This document shows positions 9,022-18,644 of a stretch of DNA of 64,000 bases, piece after piece (within the stretch, counting starts at the first letter, position 1; the number at the start of each line of letters is the position of its first letter). The stretch is from NCBI GenBank assembly GCA_965223335.1, contig OZ244991.1, forward strand, positions 95,231 to 159,230, written 5' to 3'. The stretch comes from Thermodesulfobacteriota bacterium. GTDB taxonomy: Bacteria; Desulfobacterota_D; UBA1144; Nemesobacterales; UBA2774. A program made the position numbers and the translations under genes. Under the pieces are notes generated by a model. The model had not been told where the DNA came from, did not search any database, and saw only the letters and a list, made by a program, of their open reading frames with translations.

Positions 9022-10824
9022 TCAGGTCCTCTTGAACATCTTTTCTAGCTCCGCAAACGTAATCTCTTTCGCTACCGGTCTTCCGTGTGGGCAGGCATGT
9101 GGAAACCGAGATGCGTCCAGCTCTGCTAACAATGCCTCCATCTCCTCCATGCTTAGCTTTTCGTTGGCCCTAACAGAGCTGTGGCAAGCCATGGTCGATA
9201 TAACCCTGTCAATCTTCTCCGATATACTATCTTCATTACCACCTTTATCCAACTCCCCTAACACGTCTTTAATCAGCCCCTCTGGGTCCGCGCTGTGAAT
9301 GAGAGCCGGTACGGTTCTCACACGATACGCATCCTCTCCAAAGCTCTCTATATCGAACCCGAGCTCTTTAAACTTGTCCAGATTGTCCGCAAGCAATCTA
9401 GCGTCATGGGGTGTTAGCTCCAAAATAGAGGGTATGAGCAGTTCCTGGGTCTCGAGGCTCTGTTCGAGGTAAGAGTGTTTGAATCGTTCATAGTTGACTC
9501 TCTCGTGTGCAGCGTGCTGATCCACAAGCAATAGCCCGTGTGCCGATGCACAGACTATATACAGCTCACCCAACTGCCCGATTATCTTGAGCGTGGAATA
9601 TAAACCCTCTTTGCGAAACAGCGCTTCTGTACTATCTGTGGATTTATCCTCGTAACGTTGTACTGGTTCATCAACATGATAATCGGTAGCAAGATTTATA
9701 CTCGATCCTTGAGCCCTAGGAGTTGTGTGTGAAGGTGTGTGACTCTGATAGTTTTTATGTGAATAATCCGCCCCGTACGGTGCTTCTTTCTCGTAAAAAC
9801 CGCGTACTGCATTTTCTACACGCGCCTTATGTCCCTCAATCCAAGGTGCTTGGGATAACATCGAGTGCACAGCATCTTTTATGAGCCCGCTTATCTGCCA
9901 GCTGTTTTTGAACCTGACCTCGTTTTTTGTAGGGTGTACATTTACGTCAACCGACTCGGGCGGCATCTCTACAAAAAGCGCTCCCTGCGGGAACTTGCCC
10001 TTATCGAGCATCTTGCCATAGGCATCTATGAGAACGCGCGTAAGGAGCTTATCTCTTACAGGCCTTCCGTTTACGAACGTATACATTTTCTGAGTGGTCG
10101 ACCTGGTCCCCTCGGGGCTGCTCATCCAACCCCTCACCGTTATCCCATCGCTTTGGGTCCGAATCGGGTGGAGCGAAACGCCCGGAAAGAGCTCGGCCAG
10201 TCTCTGCTCGGGGCTATCCCGCCCAGCAAGGTTCATAACGGTTTTGCCGTTATGGGTCAGTTGAAACCCGATTTGAGGTGAGCTAAGAGCATGGCGCTCA
10301 ACGACCCTAAGCACATTTGTGTACTCGGTCTCCATCTTCTTCATAAACTTTAGCCTCGCGGGTGTGTTGTAAAAGAGGTTCTTTGCCTCTATCGCGGTAC
10401 CATCGGGCGCACCTGCTTCCTCAACACGCCTTAGTTTCCCGCCCTCGATGTAGATACGAGTAGCCTCGAGATCCTTCTTTGTCTTAGTTGTTATGCTCAT
10501 TCGGGACACGCTTGCGATACTGGGCAGGGCCTCTCCTCTAAAACCGAGTGTGGCGACGCTAAACAGGTCGTCTATATCCTTTATCTTGCTGGTCGCATGG
10601 CGCTCTATAGATAACAGCGCCTCGTCACGCGTCATCCCAATACCGTTATCGGACACCGCTATCAGTTTGCGCCCGCCCCGCTCTAAATCGATTTTTATCT
10701 CAGTGCTTGAGGCATCGATGGAGTTTTCTATAAGCTCTTTTACTACGGAAGCAGGCCTTTCAACTATCTCGCCCGCTGCTATTTTAGAGACAAGCTGGTC
10801 TGGGAGGATCCTGATTTTACCCAT
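9022..10824 (-). CDS. mutL: DNA mismatch repair endonuclease MutL
   Basis: IAAGEIVERPASVVKEL, GFRGEAL, DVNVHPTK, DQHAAHER and CPHGRP motifs. Confidence 0.98.
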   Translation of the reverse strand: MGKIRILPDQLVSKIAAGEIVERPASVVKELIENSIDASSTEIKIDLERGGRKLIAVSDNGIGMTRDEALLSIERHATSKIKDIDDLFSVATLGFRGEALPSIASVSRMSITTKTKKDLEATRIYIEGGKLRRVEEAGAPDGTAIEAKNLFYNTPARLKFMKKMETEYTNVLRVVERHALSSPQIGFQLTHNGKTVMNLAGRDSPEQRLAELFPGVSLHPIRTQSDGITVRGWMSSPEGTRSTTQKMYTFVNGRPVRDKLLTRVLIDAYGKMLDKGKFPQGALFVEMPPESVDVNVHPTKNEVRFKNSWQISGLIKDAVHSMLSQAPWIEGHKARVENAVRGFYEKEAPYGADYSHKNYQSHTPSHTTPRAQGSSINLATDYHVDEPVQRYEDKSTDSTEALFRKEGLYSTLKIIGQLGELYIVCASAHGLLLVDQHAAHERVNYERFKHSYLEQSLETQELLIPSILELTPHDARLLADNLDKFKELGFDIESFGEDAYRVRTVPALIHSADPEGLIKDVLGELDKGGNEDSISEKIDRVISTMACHSSVRANEKLSMEEMEALLAELDASRFPHACPHGRPVAKEITFAELEKMFKRT

Positions 10825-10834
10825 CTAAAAACCC

Positions 10835-10863
10835 ATTGTACATAATAGGCTCTGCGCAGTCAA
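10835..10863 (-). promoter_or_regulatory. Sigma-70 promoter of mutL
   Basis: TTGACT-17 nt-TACAAT, then 10 nt to the ATG. Confidence 0.7.
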
Positions 10864-10896
10864 AACAGCCGCCAGAAGCAACAAAATCTGCCAAAT

Positions 10897-11073
10897 TTAC
10901 TGAAATGGTGTTACCCCTAAAAACTTTAGAATGGTTAGAGTTAAGAAAAAAAGAATAGGTACAACAACACAGAGAATTGCTAACACAGTAAATATAGAAA
11001 GCGACAACTTGGACCTTATTCCAAACACATCATCCGAGTGCTGTTTTAAGATACGCATATACTCTTTTAACAT
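10897..11073 (-). CDS. Small single-pass membrane protein (58 aa), hypothetical
   Basis: Manual translation: MLKEYMRILKQHSDDVFGIRSKLSLSIFTVLAILCVVVPILFFLTLTILKFLGVTPFQ*. Shorter than the ORFs in the track and fills the gap between the GYD gene and mutL. Confidence 0.55.
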   Translation of the reverse strand: MLKEYMRILKQHSDDVFGIRSKLSLSIFTVLAILCVVVPILFFLTLTILKFLGVTPFQ

Positions 11074-11133
11074 GTTCTCAAAACCACTAATAAATAATTC
11101 TATAGGGTATATCGATAAATAACTCGTATTACC

Positions 11134-11433
11134 TTACTTCTTTTTGTTCGAGTTAAGTGTCTCTATATAGGAATCAATCGGGACCGCAACCAGTGTCATG
11201 ATCTCCACCGTACCCCTCGAGCATAGATTTACCGAGACCTCGCCGATTGTCTCGTTATCAGGTGCGTTTACGATATTTACAAAATCGTAGGGGCCCAATG
11301 TCGCGTACTGCTCTATTACTTTAACCCCTATCTTTTCAAGCTCCTCATCTACCTCTTTTATCCTGCCCGGGCGCTCTTGTACGGTCTTGCGGCCTTCTGG
11401 TGTAAGCTTGCTCAACAGTATGTATGTACCCAT
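11134..11433 (-). CDS. GYD-domain protein
   Basis: MGTYILLSKLTPEG...YATLGPYDFVNIVNAPD; ATG at 11433 chosen; the ORF extends to 11499. Confidence 0.85.
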   Translation of the reverse strand: MGTYILLSKLTPEGRKTVQERPGRIKEVDEELEKIGVKVIEQYATLGPYDFVNIVNAPDNETIGEVSVNLCSRGTVEIMTLVAVPIDSYIETLNSNKKK

Positions 11434-11608
11434 GTCCACCTGCCGGAATTTAGTTTCACTTACAGATGATATATACCTGTAATAAAGGTGTGTAGGCAAA
11501 TAATCAGGGTCCAGACAAATCTGTCATTTAAGCTCAATGCTACAATTTGAGCTTTTATTATGTATAATCTTTAACCAAAATTACTAAGCCTTAGAGGACA
11601 GAACAGAT

Positions 11609-13081
11609 ATGTTTGATACCCCGAGCCCAAAAAATACACTATCAATATCTAGAGCCTTTCTAACACTACTCATAGTCTCATTGCTTTGCTCATTTGCAGT
11701 ATCAACCAAATATGCATTGGGTGCCAAAAAAGAGAAAGAATCCCCTAAAAGGGCTATAGTTGTTAAGGACTACAAATGGGCCTCGGGTGGTATGGGCCGC
11801 GCCGCCATCATGCAGGAGATCACTCTTGAGAACCGCGGCGAGATGGACTACAAAGATATCGCGGTGGAGGTCGACCTCTATACAAGTAACGACATCCCTC
11901 TTGGCTCGCTTAGAGCTACAATAAACGAAGTGCTCCCCAGTAAGAGCGAGAAAACTTTTTACAACGTTAAGTTTGGTATCATGCACTCAGAGCTCGAGAA
12001 CACCGTTGCACGCATCGCAGGTGCAGAGCCCCTCGAAAAAGGCACTCCGACAAACCCCAGGGACCTCATACTAGTTAAGGACTGGGAGTGGAGCGGCGGC
12101 CAGTATGGCACAGAAGGCATATTAAAATCAATCACACTTGCAAATAAGAGCAAAGAGAACTTCAAAGACATCAAGATCAGGGTGGATTACCTAGGCCTTA
12201 AGGGTGGTAAGGTAGGTGTAAGGGGTTTTACCAGCCGTGCTACAATTCATGACGTACTGCCTGCCAAAAGCGAGCGTACCTACACCAACATCAACGTAGG
12301 GTTCAGACACCCCGACTCCCAAGAAGAGAGCATTAGCGTTATGGCTGCAAAGCCCATCTCGGATAAGGAGCTCAACTATCGTATAGCCAAAAAAGAGGGC
12401 AAGCCCGTCAAAAAGACCAAAAAGAAGAAGAAAAAATCCACACCCGGCGAAGGGGAAGAAGAACCGGACTCAGATGCTTACTCGATCAGCGGAGAAAAAC
12501 TCTCGCTCTCTGAAAGATACAAAAAGCGCCTAGAATCCGAGCAGGGTGTATCAACAACCCCCAAGAGCACAGGCGATGTACCCGATACACCGGTCGATCC
12601 AGCCACAGGCGACTCCACACCAGGCGACGTAGCACTCTCAGACACAGAAACCGAAAAGACCGAAACCATAGCCCAAGAAACAACCCAGGACCCAATCGAA
12701 CCATCGGTGCCTGAAGTTAGTGATGTTGAAGCCGATGACGAAGAAGATTACGAGTACGAGTACGAAGAGGAAACCCCTCTACCGGAAAACGACATAGTAG
12801 TAGAAGATTTCGAGTGGGGAGGAGGGGTTACGGGAACCATAGGCAGAATTAACAAACTCACGCTCAAAAACATAAGCGGTATCAGTTACACAAAAATTGA
12901 GCTATTAGTCGAGTTCTACTCCTACGCCGAAGAAACACCTATGGGATCAAACAGGGTCGTAATCTACGACGTATTACCGCCAAAGAGCACAAGAACCTTC
13001 AAAGACCTTAAGGCCGGTTACCTAAACGCTATTCCCCAGGAAGTCCGTATTAAGGTCACCGACGCCATAGCCACTTATTAA
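11609..13081 (+). CDS. Exported protein with three homologous beta-sandwich (FxLYD-like) domains and a charged low-complexity linker
   Basis: N-terminal signal/TM; three repeats of VxDxxWxGG...ITLxN...I...V..Y...IxxVLPxKSxxTF; poly-Lys followed by an acidic, Pro/Thr-rich linker. Confidence 0.7.
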   Translation: MFDTPSPKNTLSISRAFLTLLIVSLLCSFAVSTKYALGAKKEKESPKRAIVVKDYKWASGGMGRAAIMQEITLENRGEMDYKDIAVEVDLYTSNDIPLGSLRATINEVLPSKSEKTFYNVKFGIMHSELENTVARIAGAEPLEKGTPTNPRDLILVKDWEWSGGQYGTEGILKSITLANKSKENFKDIKIRVDYLGLKGGKVGVRGFTSRATIHDVLPAKSERTYTNINVGFRHPDSQEESISVMAAKPISDKELNYRIAKKEGKPVKKTKKKKKKSTPGEGEEEPDSDAYSISGEKLSLSERYKKRLESEQGVSTTPKSTGDVPDTPVDPATGDSTPGDVALSDTETEKTETIAQETTQDPIEPSVPEVSDVEADDEEDYEYEYEEETPLPENDIVVEDFEWGGGVTGTIGRINKLTLKNISGISYTKIELLVEFYSYAEETPMGSNRVVIYDVLPPKSTRTFKDLKAGYLNAIPQEVRIKVTDAIATY

Positions 13082-13094
13082 TCACTATTCGGAC

Positions 13095-14156
13095 TTATTT
13101 AAAAAGGTTAAGCTGGTCCGTATCCCCGGGCCTCCTAAAAGAGCTTGCGTCCAGTTCTATGGTTTCAGTTGTTAATCCGTATTTTTTACGGCTCATCTCA
13201 AATAGATCGCTTATTCCCTCGGCAAACACACCGCTGCCCTTCATCCTATCGTGATAAACGGCACTATTAAGCTTACCCCCGCGGACCGATTCTAACCGGT
13301 GAGTAACCTTATCCTTTTTCCCGGGATAGTGTCTTTGGAGCCAGCTTAGAAATAGCTCAGAGACCCCGTAGGGAAGTCTCAGCATTATATAGCCAGCGCT
13401 CCTTGCCCCCGCATCGGCTGCGGATTTTAGAATGCTAGGGATCTCGTGGTCTGTAAGCCCCGGCACTATAGGTGCAACCATCACTATCACAGGTACCCCG
13501 CCCCGAGCCAGTTTCTCCATTGCCTTCAATCTCACATCGGGTTGTGGGGCCCTGGGCTCCATAAGGCGCGAAAGTTTCGGGTCGAGTGTAGTAACAGATA
13601 TAGCAACTATGGCGGCATTGTATGAAGTTAATTCCTGGAGTAGATCTATATCCCTCGTGACCAAGCTGTTTTTAGTAACGATACCAACAGGGTTTCTAAA
13701 CTCAGCCAATACTCCCAGACACTGCCTTGTCAGCTTGAATGTACGTTCGGCGGGCTGATAGGGGTCTGTAATACCGCTTATGGATATGGGCTCGGGCAAC
13801 CATTTGGGGGATGAAAGCTCCTTACGAAGCAGTTGGGGTGCATCCTCTTTTACAAAAATATTCGTCTCAAAATCAAGCCCGGCCGAAAGCCCTAAATACT
13901 CGTGTGTGGGACGTGCATAACAGTAGATACAGCCGTGCTCACACCCTCTATATGGGTTTATGCTTTTGTTAAACCCCACATCCGGGCTCTCGTTCTTAGC
14001 AATAATTGATCTGCTTGTATCCTTGAAAAAAAGAGTTTCTGGCTTGGGCCCGGTGTCTATTTCTTCTTCTGTAGGCACATACTCTATCCTCTCAAACCTG
14101 TTTAAAGGAGAGTGTGCAGCACCGCGACCCTTTATGTTTGGGTATTGCTCTTCCAT
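13095..14156 (-). CDS. PA0069/Rv2578c-family radical SAM protein (SplB-like)
   Basis: SINPYRGCEHGCIYCYARPTH, TDPYQPAER and C-terminal QLNLF. Confidence 0.9.
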   Translation of the reverse strand: MEEQYPNIKGRGAAHSPLNRFERIEYVPTEEEIDTGPKPETLFFKDTSRSIIAKNESPDVGFNKSINPYRGCEHGCIYCYARPTHEYLGLSAGLDFETNIFVKEDAPQLLRKELSSPKWLPEPISISGITDPYQPAERTFKLTRQCLGVLAEFRNPVGIVTKNSLVTRDIDLLQELTSYNAAIVAISVTTLDPKLSRLMEPRAPQPDVRLKAMEKLARGGVPVIVMVAPIVPGLTDHEIPSILKSAADAGARSAGYIMLRLPYGVSELFLSWLQRHYPGKKDKVTHRLESVRGGKLNSAVYHDRMKGSGVFAEGISDLFEMSRKKYGLTTETIELDASSFRRPGDTDQLNLFK

Positions 14157-14275
14157 CTAAGCCCTTAACAACTAGAGTTCGATATCCGAATACTAAACGC
14201 AATCCGGCCCAAAAACAATATGCATAAATTTAAATGGGGACGAATAGATCAGATAGTGTTGGGGCAGTAGTGGAT

Positions 14276-15334
14276 TTAAGCCTTGAATGTCTCTAACTCT
14301 TTTATGAGTTCGTCTACAATCTCGCTTTCTTTAAACGATCTTAGCAGCTTGCCGTCTTTATATATCATGCCCTTGCCCCTTCCCCCTGCAATACCTATAT
14401 CGGCTTCCGAGGCCTCCCCGGGTCCGTTTACAACACATCCCAGTATCGCAACCTTTATGGGTCTCGGGAGCTCCATATCCTTGGTCCTACGCTCCACATC
14501 ACCCACAAGCTTCATAAGGTCGATCTCAAGTCGCCCACAGCCCGGGCACGATATGAGCTCTATGCCGTTTCGCCTAATACCAAGCGACTTAAGGATATTA
14601 AGACCCACCCTTATCTCATCCACCGGGTCCCCGGTAAGCGATACCCTGATCGTATCCCCTATACCCTCTGCGAGCAGACTACCTATTCCGATCGAGGATT
14701 TTATGGTCCCCATCTCAATCGTACCAGCCTCGGTAACACCTAAATGCAGCGGGTAGTTACACTCTGCAGCTAAGATCCTATAGGCCTCTATCATCCGATG
14801 CACATCCGTTGATTTAACCGATATCTTAATGTCGCGGAAATCAAAGTCCTCTAGAATACGTACGTGCCTAAATGCACTCTCCGCAAGGGCCTTCGGGGTG
14901 GGAGAGCCGTGTTTCTGTAGTATGTCCTTTTCCAACGAGCCCGAGTTAACACCTATCCTAATCGGTACCCCTCTCTCCTTTACCGCATCCACAACCGCTT
15001 TAATGCGGTACTTAGCCCCAATGTTCCCCGGGTTTATCCTCATGCCGTGCACACCCTGCTCCACGGCTTCCAGTGCAAGCTTGTAGTCAAAGTGAATATC
15101 TGAGACGATTGGAATCTCAGTCTGGTTGATTATCTGACCCAGTGATTTGGCAGCATCCATGTCGGGGACAGCAAGACGAACAATATCGCACCCTGCGTCC
15201 TCAAGCCGTTTGATCTCGGCCACCGTGGCAGCTACATCCCTGGTATCAGTCTTCGTCATAGACTGCACGCTTACCGGTGCACCACCGCCTATCCTGACCC
15301 CACCAATGCTAATCTGTCTAGTATGCTCGGCCAT
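14276..15334 (-). CDS. ispG: HMBPP synthase IspG
   Basis: VQSMT, DIHF, RINPGN, LHLGVTEAG, SCPGCGR and GCVVNGPGE motifs. Confidence 0.97.
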   Translation of the reverse strand: MAEHTRQISIGGVRIGGGAPVSVQSMTKTDTRDVAATVAEIKRLEDAGCDIVRLAVPDMDAAKSLGQIINQTEIPIVSDIHFDYKLALEAVEQGVHGMRINPGNIGAKYRIKAVVDAVKERGVPIRIGVNSGSLEKDILQKHGSPTPKALAESAFRHVRILEDFDFRDIKISVKSTDVHRMIEAYRILAAECNYPLHLGVTEAGTIEMGTIKSSIGIGSLLAEGIGDTIRVSLTGDPVDEIRVGLNILKSLGIRRNGIELISCPGCGRLEIDLMKLVGDVERRTKDMELPRPIKVAILGCVVNGPGEASEADIGIAGGRGKGMIYKDGKLLRSFKESEIVDELIKELETFKA

Positions 15335-15414
15335 ACCTTTCCTTAACTCTAAGAAATTCTATCTGTTATGTAAAGTGAAAGTTGAGTGTTCGTTTCGGTG
15401 TGCGTGACCAGCCG

Positions 15415-17691
15415 CTACCCTGCAGACGCCTCTTGCTTGTTTTCTTTTCCGTTGCCCACAGCATTTTTGTCCTGTTCAATGACGTTGCCGTCTTTGTCCA
15501 AGCGCTTGGTGTTGCGGCACTTCGGGTAACCGCTACAACCCAAAAACTTACCGAAACGCCCGCTTCTTTCCACCATGGGTTTCCCGCACCTCTCGCACTT
15601 TACATCCTCCCTCACCTCGGGCTCGGGCCTTTCAACGAGCTTAATATTGCCGTCTTCGTCGTACTCGAATGCTTTGGTGTTTTTACAGTCCGGGAAGCTG
15701 GTGCACGCCAAAAACTCAACACCCCGCTTGCTTCTGCGGATAGCCATTGGTTTTCCACACTTTTCACACGGCACGTCCTCTCTGATAACGGGTTCAGCTA
15801 TCTCTATAACTTTTATGTTACCGTCCTCATCGTACTCAAAGGGCTTTGCGTTTTTACAATCAGGGTACTTCGAGCAGGACAAAAACTCCCCTCTCTTACC
15901 CCACTTGATAATCATGGGTTCGCCGCATTTATCACACTCAATCTTAGTTGGAAGACCCTCGCGTTTGAGGTTCTTCATAGACTCATCGGCACCCTCAAGT
16001 CTTGTGGAGAAGTCCTGGTAAAAGCCCTTTAGAAGCTCGACCCAGTTTACGGTCCCGCCCTCTACTTCGTCCAGTTTCTCTTCCATCTCCGCGGTGAATT
16101 TTACGTCCATGATCTCGGGGAAGCCCTGGCTCAAGAGGTCGTTAACAGACCTGCCAAGCAGTGTGGGTTTAAGCGCCCTCTTTTCCCTCTCTACATATCC
16201 CCGGTCCTGTATTGTAGAGATAATAGTCGCATAGGTGGACGGTCTGCCAATCCCCTTTTCCTCTAGGTCTTTGACCAGAGAGCTCTCGGTGTACCTTGGA
16301 GGGGGCTGCGTGAAGTGTTGTTTGCCCTCGATGTTGATGAGATCGAGTACATCTCCCTTAGACATATCGGGCAGGCGTCTCTCTTCGTCTCGTTCCTTGG
16401 CCTCTTCTTCGTCTTCTTTCCCCTCTATATACACCGCGGAGTAGCCGTCGAATTTCACAACCGATCCTGTAACTCTGAACACAGCATCTCCAATGGTTAT
16501 CTCCACCGTAGTCTGATCGAAGATCATCGGTTTCATCTGCGATGCCACAAACCTCTTCCATATCAGGTTGTAAAGGGCCAGTTCATCTTTGGAGAGATAT
16601 TGCTTTACATCCTCGGGCACCTTGTTTACATAGGTGGGCCGAACAGCCTCGTGAGCGTCCTGGGCTGACTTCTTTACTTTAAATGTGTTTGGCTTTGATG
16701 GCAGATAGTCCCTGCCGTATTTATCCCCGATATAGGTCCTTGCCTCTCCCAGCGCATGCTCGGAGATTCGGACCGAGTCGGTTCTCATATATGTAATCAG
16801 TCCCACAGGACCCTCGGGCCCAAGCTCTATACCCTCGTAGAGCTTTTGCGCCAAGGCCATGGTTTTTCTAGCCGTATACCTGAGCTTTCTAGAGGCCTCT
16901 TGCTGCAGTGTACTGGTTATGAAAGGGGGCTGCGCATTTTTTTTCCTCTCTTTTTTCTCAATCGAGTCCACAACGTACTGCTTTCCCTCAATCGACTGTA
17001 ATATCGTATTGGACTCTTCGGCACTTGTTATCTTGGCTTTTTCACCCTGGAACTTATTTAAGACAGCAATAAAAGATTTGTTTGGCTGGTCGGTGTTCCG
17101 TTTTAGCTCGGACTCAATGGTCCAGTACTCCTCAGGGTTAAACGCCTCTATGTCGCGCTCTCTGTCTACTACGAGCTTAAGCGCTACACTCTGGACCCTG
17201 CCGGCACTAAGCCCCTTCATGACCTTTTTCCAAAGTATGGGGCTTACCTGGTACCCTACCAAACGATCCAGAATCCGGCGGGCCTGCTGTGCCTCGAACC
17301 TGTCTTGGCTAAGCTTCGTAGGGTTCTCAATGGATTCCTTTATAGCGTTCTCTGTGATCTCATGTATCAGCACCCGGCTCGACTTATCCCATATATTTAG
17401 GCGGTTTGCAATGTGCCATGCAATAGCCTCTCCCTCTCTGTCGGGGTCAGATGCCAGGTATACGTTTTCTGCATCTTTAGCGGCTTTTTTTAGCTGGTTA
17501 AGGTATTTGCTTTTACCTTTAATTACTACATATTGCGGCTCGAAATTATTCTCAATATCCACACCCAGTTTACTGCTAGGCAGGTCTATCAGATGGCCCG
17601 AAGATGCCTCGACCTCAAAATCCTTGCCGAGGTATTTTTTTATGGTCTTTGCCTTAGCAGGCGACTCAACTATTACAAGCGATTTAGACAT
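15415..17691 (-). CDS. topA: DNA topoisomerase I with three C-terminal zinc ribbons
   Basis: IVESPAKAKTI, DPDREGEAI, SAGRVQS, LITYMRTDS and GIGRPSTYA motifs; three CxxC...C.....C units. Confidence 0.98.
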   Translation of the reverse strand: MSKSLVIVESPAKAKTIKKYLGKDFEVEASSGHLIDLPSSKLGVDIENNFEPQYVVIKGKSKYLNQLKKAAKDAENVYLASDPDREGEAIAWHIANRLNIWDKSSRVLIHEITENAIKESIENPTKLSQDRFEAQQARRILDRLVGYQVSPILWKKVMKGLSAGRVQSVALKLVVDRERDIEAFNPEEYWTIESELKRNTDQPNKSFIAVLNKFQGEKAKITSAEESNTILQSIEGKQYVVDSIEKKERKKNAQPPFITSTLQQEASRKLRYTARKTMALAQKLYEGIELGPEGPVGLITYMRTDSVRISEHALGEARTYIGDKYGRDYLPSKPNTFKVKKSAQDAHEAVRPTYVNKVPEDVKQYLSKDELALYNLIWKRFVASQMKPMIFDQTTVEITIGDAVFRVTGSVVKFDGYSAVYIEGKEDEEEAKERDEERRLPDMSKGDVLDLINIEGKQHFTQPPPRYTESSLVKDLEEKGIGRPSTYATIISTIQDRGYVEREKRALKPTLLGRSVNDLLSQGFPEIMDVKFTAEMEEKLDEVEGGTVNWVELLKGFYQDFSTRLEGADESMKNLKREGLPTKIECDKCGEPMIIKWGKRGEFLSCSKYPDCKNAKPFEYDEDGNIKVIEIAEPVIREDVPCEKCGKPMAIRRSKRGVEFLACTSFPDCKNTKAFEYDEDGNIKLVERPEPEVREDVKCERCGKPMVERSGRFGKFLGCSGYPKCRNTKRLDKDGNVIEQDKNAVGNGKENKQEASAG

Positions 17692-17880
17692 TTAACAATC
17701 CCCAACATATCCAAGTTGTTCATATTAAGATTAATGACAAAACTGGATGATTCAAATTTTTAGTGGCATTTTACCTGACTTTATCCATTTGCAACACAAT
17801 AATTCATTATAAATGTTTAATTTTTTTCGGTTTGTGTGGAATTAGACAATAAAAGATAATTAATACAATTATTGTCGTGG

Positions 17881-17909
17881 ATTTGCACACAGCGAACAAT
17901 ATTTGCACA
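17881..17909 (+). repeat. Direct repeat ATTTGCACA x2 (20-bp period) in the AT-rich topA/LuxR intergenic region
   Basis: ATTTGCACA at 17881 and at 17901. Confidence 0.5.
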
Positions 17910-18015
17910 ATTTCATAGTATATATTGATTCGAATCTACCATTCATGAGGTGTAACTCCCTATTCTCACTTGCTATTTATAGATATAACTATGCAATAAT
18001 AAGAGATCATTAAAT

Positions 18016-18031
18016 CGGCATATTTATTGCA
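18016..18031 (+). promoter_or_regulatory. Sigma-54 (-24/-12) promoter of the LuxR-family gene
   Basis: CGGCATATTTATTGCA (GG-N10-GC, with GGCA and TTGCA). Confidence 0.7.
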
Positions 18032-18044
18032 TTAAGATACAAAC

Positions 18045-18638
18045 ATGGCTAAAAGGAATACCTCAATACTCCTAGCTTCTGATTCAAAGTTGTTTCTGGA
18101 AGGGACAGAGAAACTTCTAGAGAATAGCGAAGGCATAAAAATTGTGGGAACTGCAACTAATATCAGTTCAGTTGAAAAATTAATAAACGAAAAAACGCCT
18201 GACTACCTGCTGTTGGATGACCGCTCGGACAACCTACAGATAGGCCAGATCCTAACACTAACCAACGTAAAGAATTCCACGGTAGAACTGATCCTCTTTA
18301 GCGAAAACGACGTTAACAACACAATAAATCTAAAATCCGTAAATCTGCTCTATATAACCGAACCCTCGGATTTAATCGATGTATTGATTAACGGCAAGGC
18401 CTCTTATATCCGCAAGAGTCGAAGCATTACAACCAATCCCTGCAACATTACTGAAGCCGAGCATAAGGTAATCGATTTGATTGCATCGGGGCATACGAAT
18501 AAAGAGATCGCCTCCACACTTCATATAAGTCCTAAGACTGTAAAGGCTCATATAACGAGCATCTTTGTCAAACTCGATATTCAAAACCGTTACCAGCTAA
18601 TGGTATATGGAAAGAGAAATAAAAGGGTGGCAATCTAA
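18045..18638 (+). CDS. LuxR/NarL-family regulator with a degenerate, shortened receiver domain
   Basis: C-terminal HTH ITEAEHKVIDLIASGHTNKEIASTLHISPKTVKAH. The REC-like N-terminus lacks the DD pair and the conserved Lys region. Confidence 0.85.
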   Translation: MAKRNTSILLASDSKLFLEGTEKLLENSEGIKIVGTATNISSVEKLINEKTPDYLLLDDRSDNLQIGQILTLTNVKNSTVELILFSENDVNNTINLKSVNLLYITEPSDLIDVLINGKASYIRKSRSITTNPCNITEAEHKVIDLIASGHTNKEIASTLHISPKTVKAHITSIFVKLDIQNRYQLMVYGKRNKRVAI

Positions 18639-18644
18639 GCGGCT

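Noticed and set aside
10931-11122. Plus-strand 63-aa ORF
   Set aside because: Low-complexity and without a Shine-Dalgarno; the antisense 58-aa TM ORF, co-oriented with its neighbours, is more plausible.
15382-17695. Long plus-strand ORFs (216 aa and 278 aa) opposite topA, and similar antisense ORFs elsewhere
   Set aside because: They overlap well-supported genes on the other strand and have no recognisable motifs.
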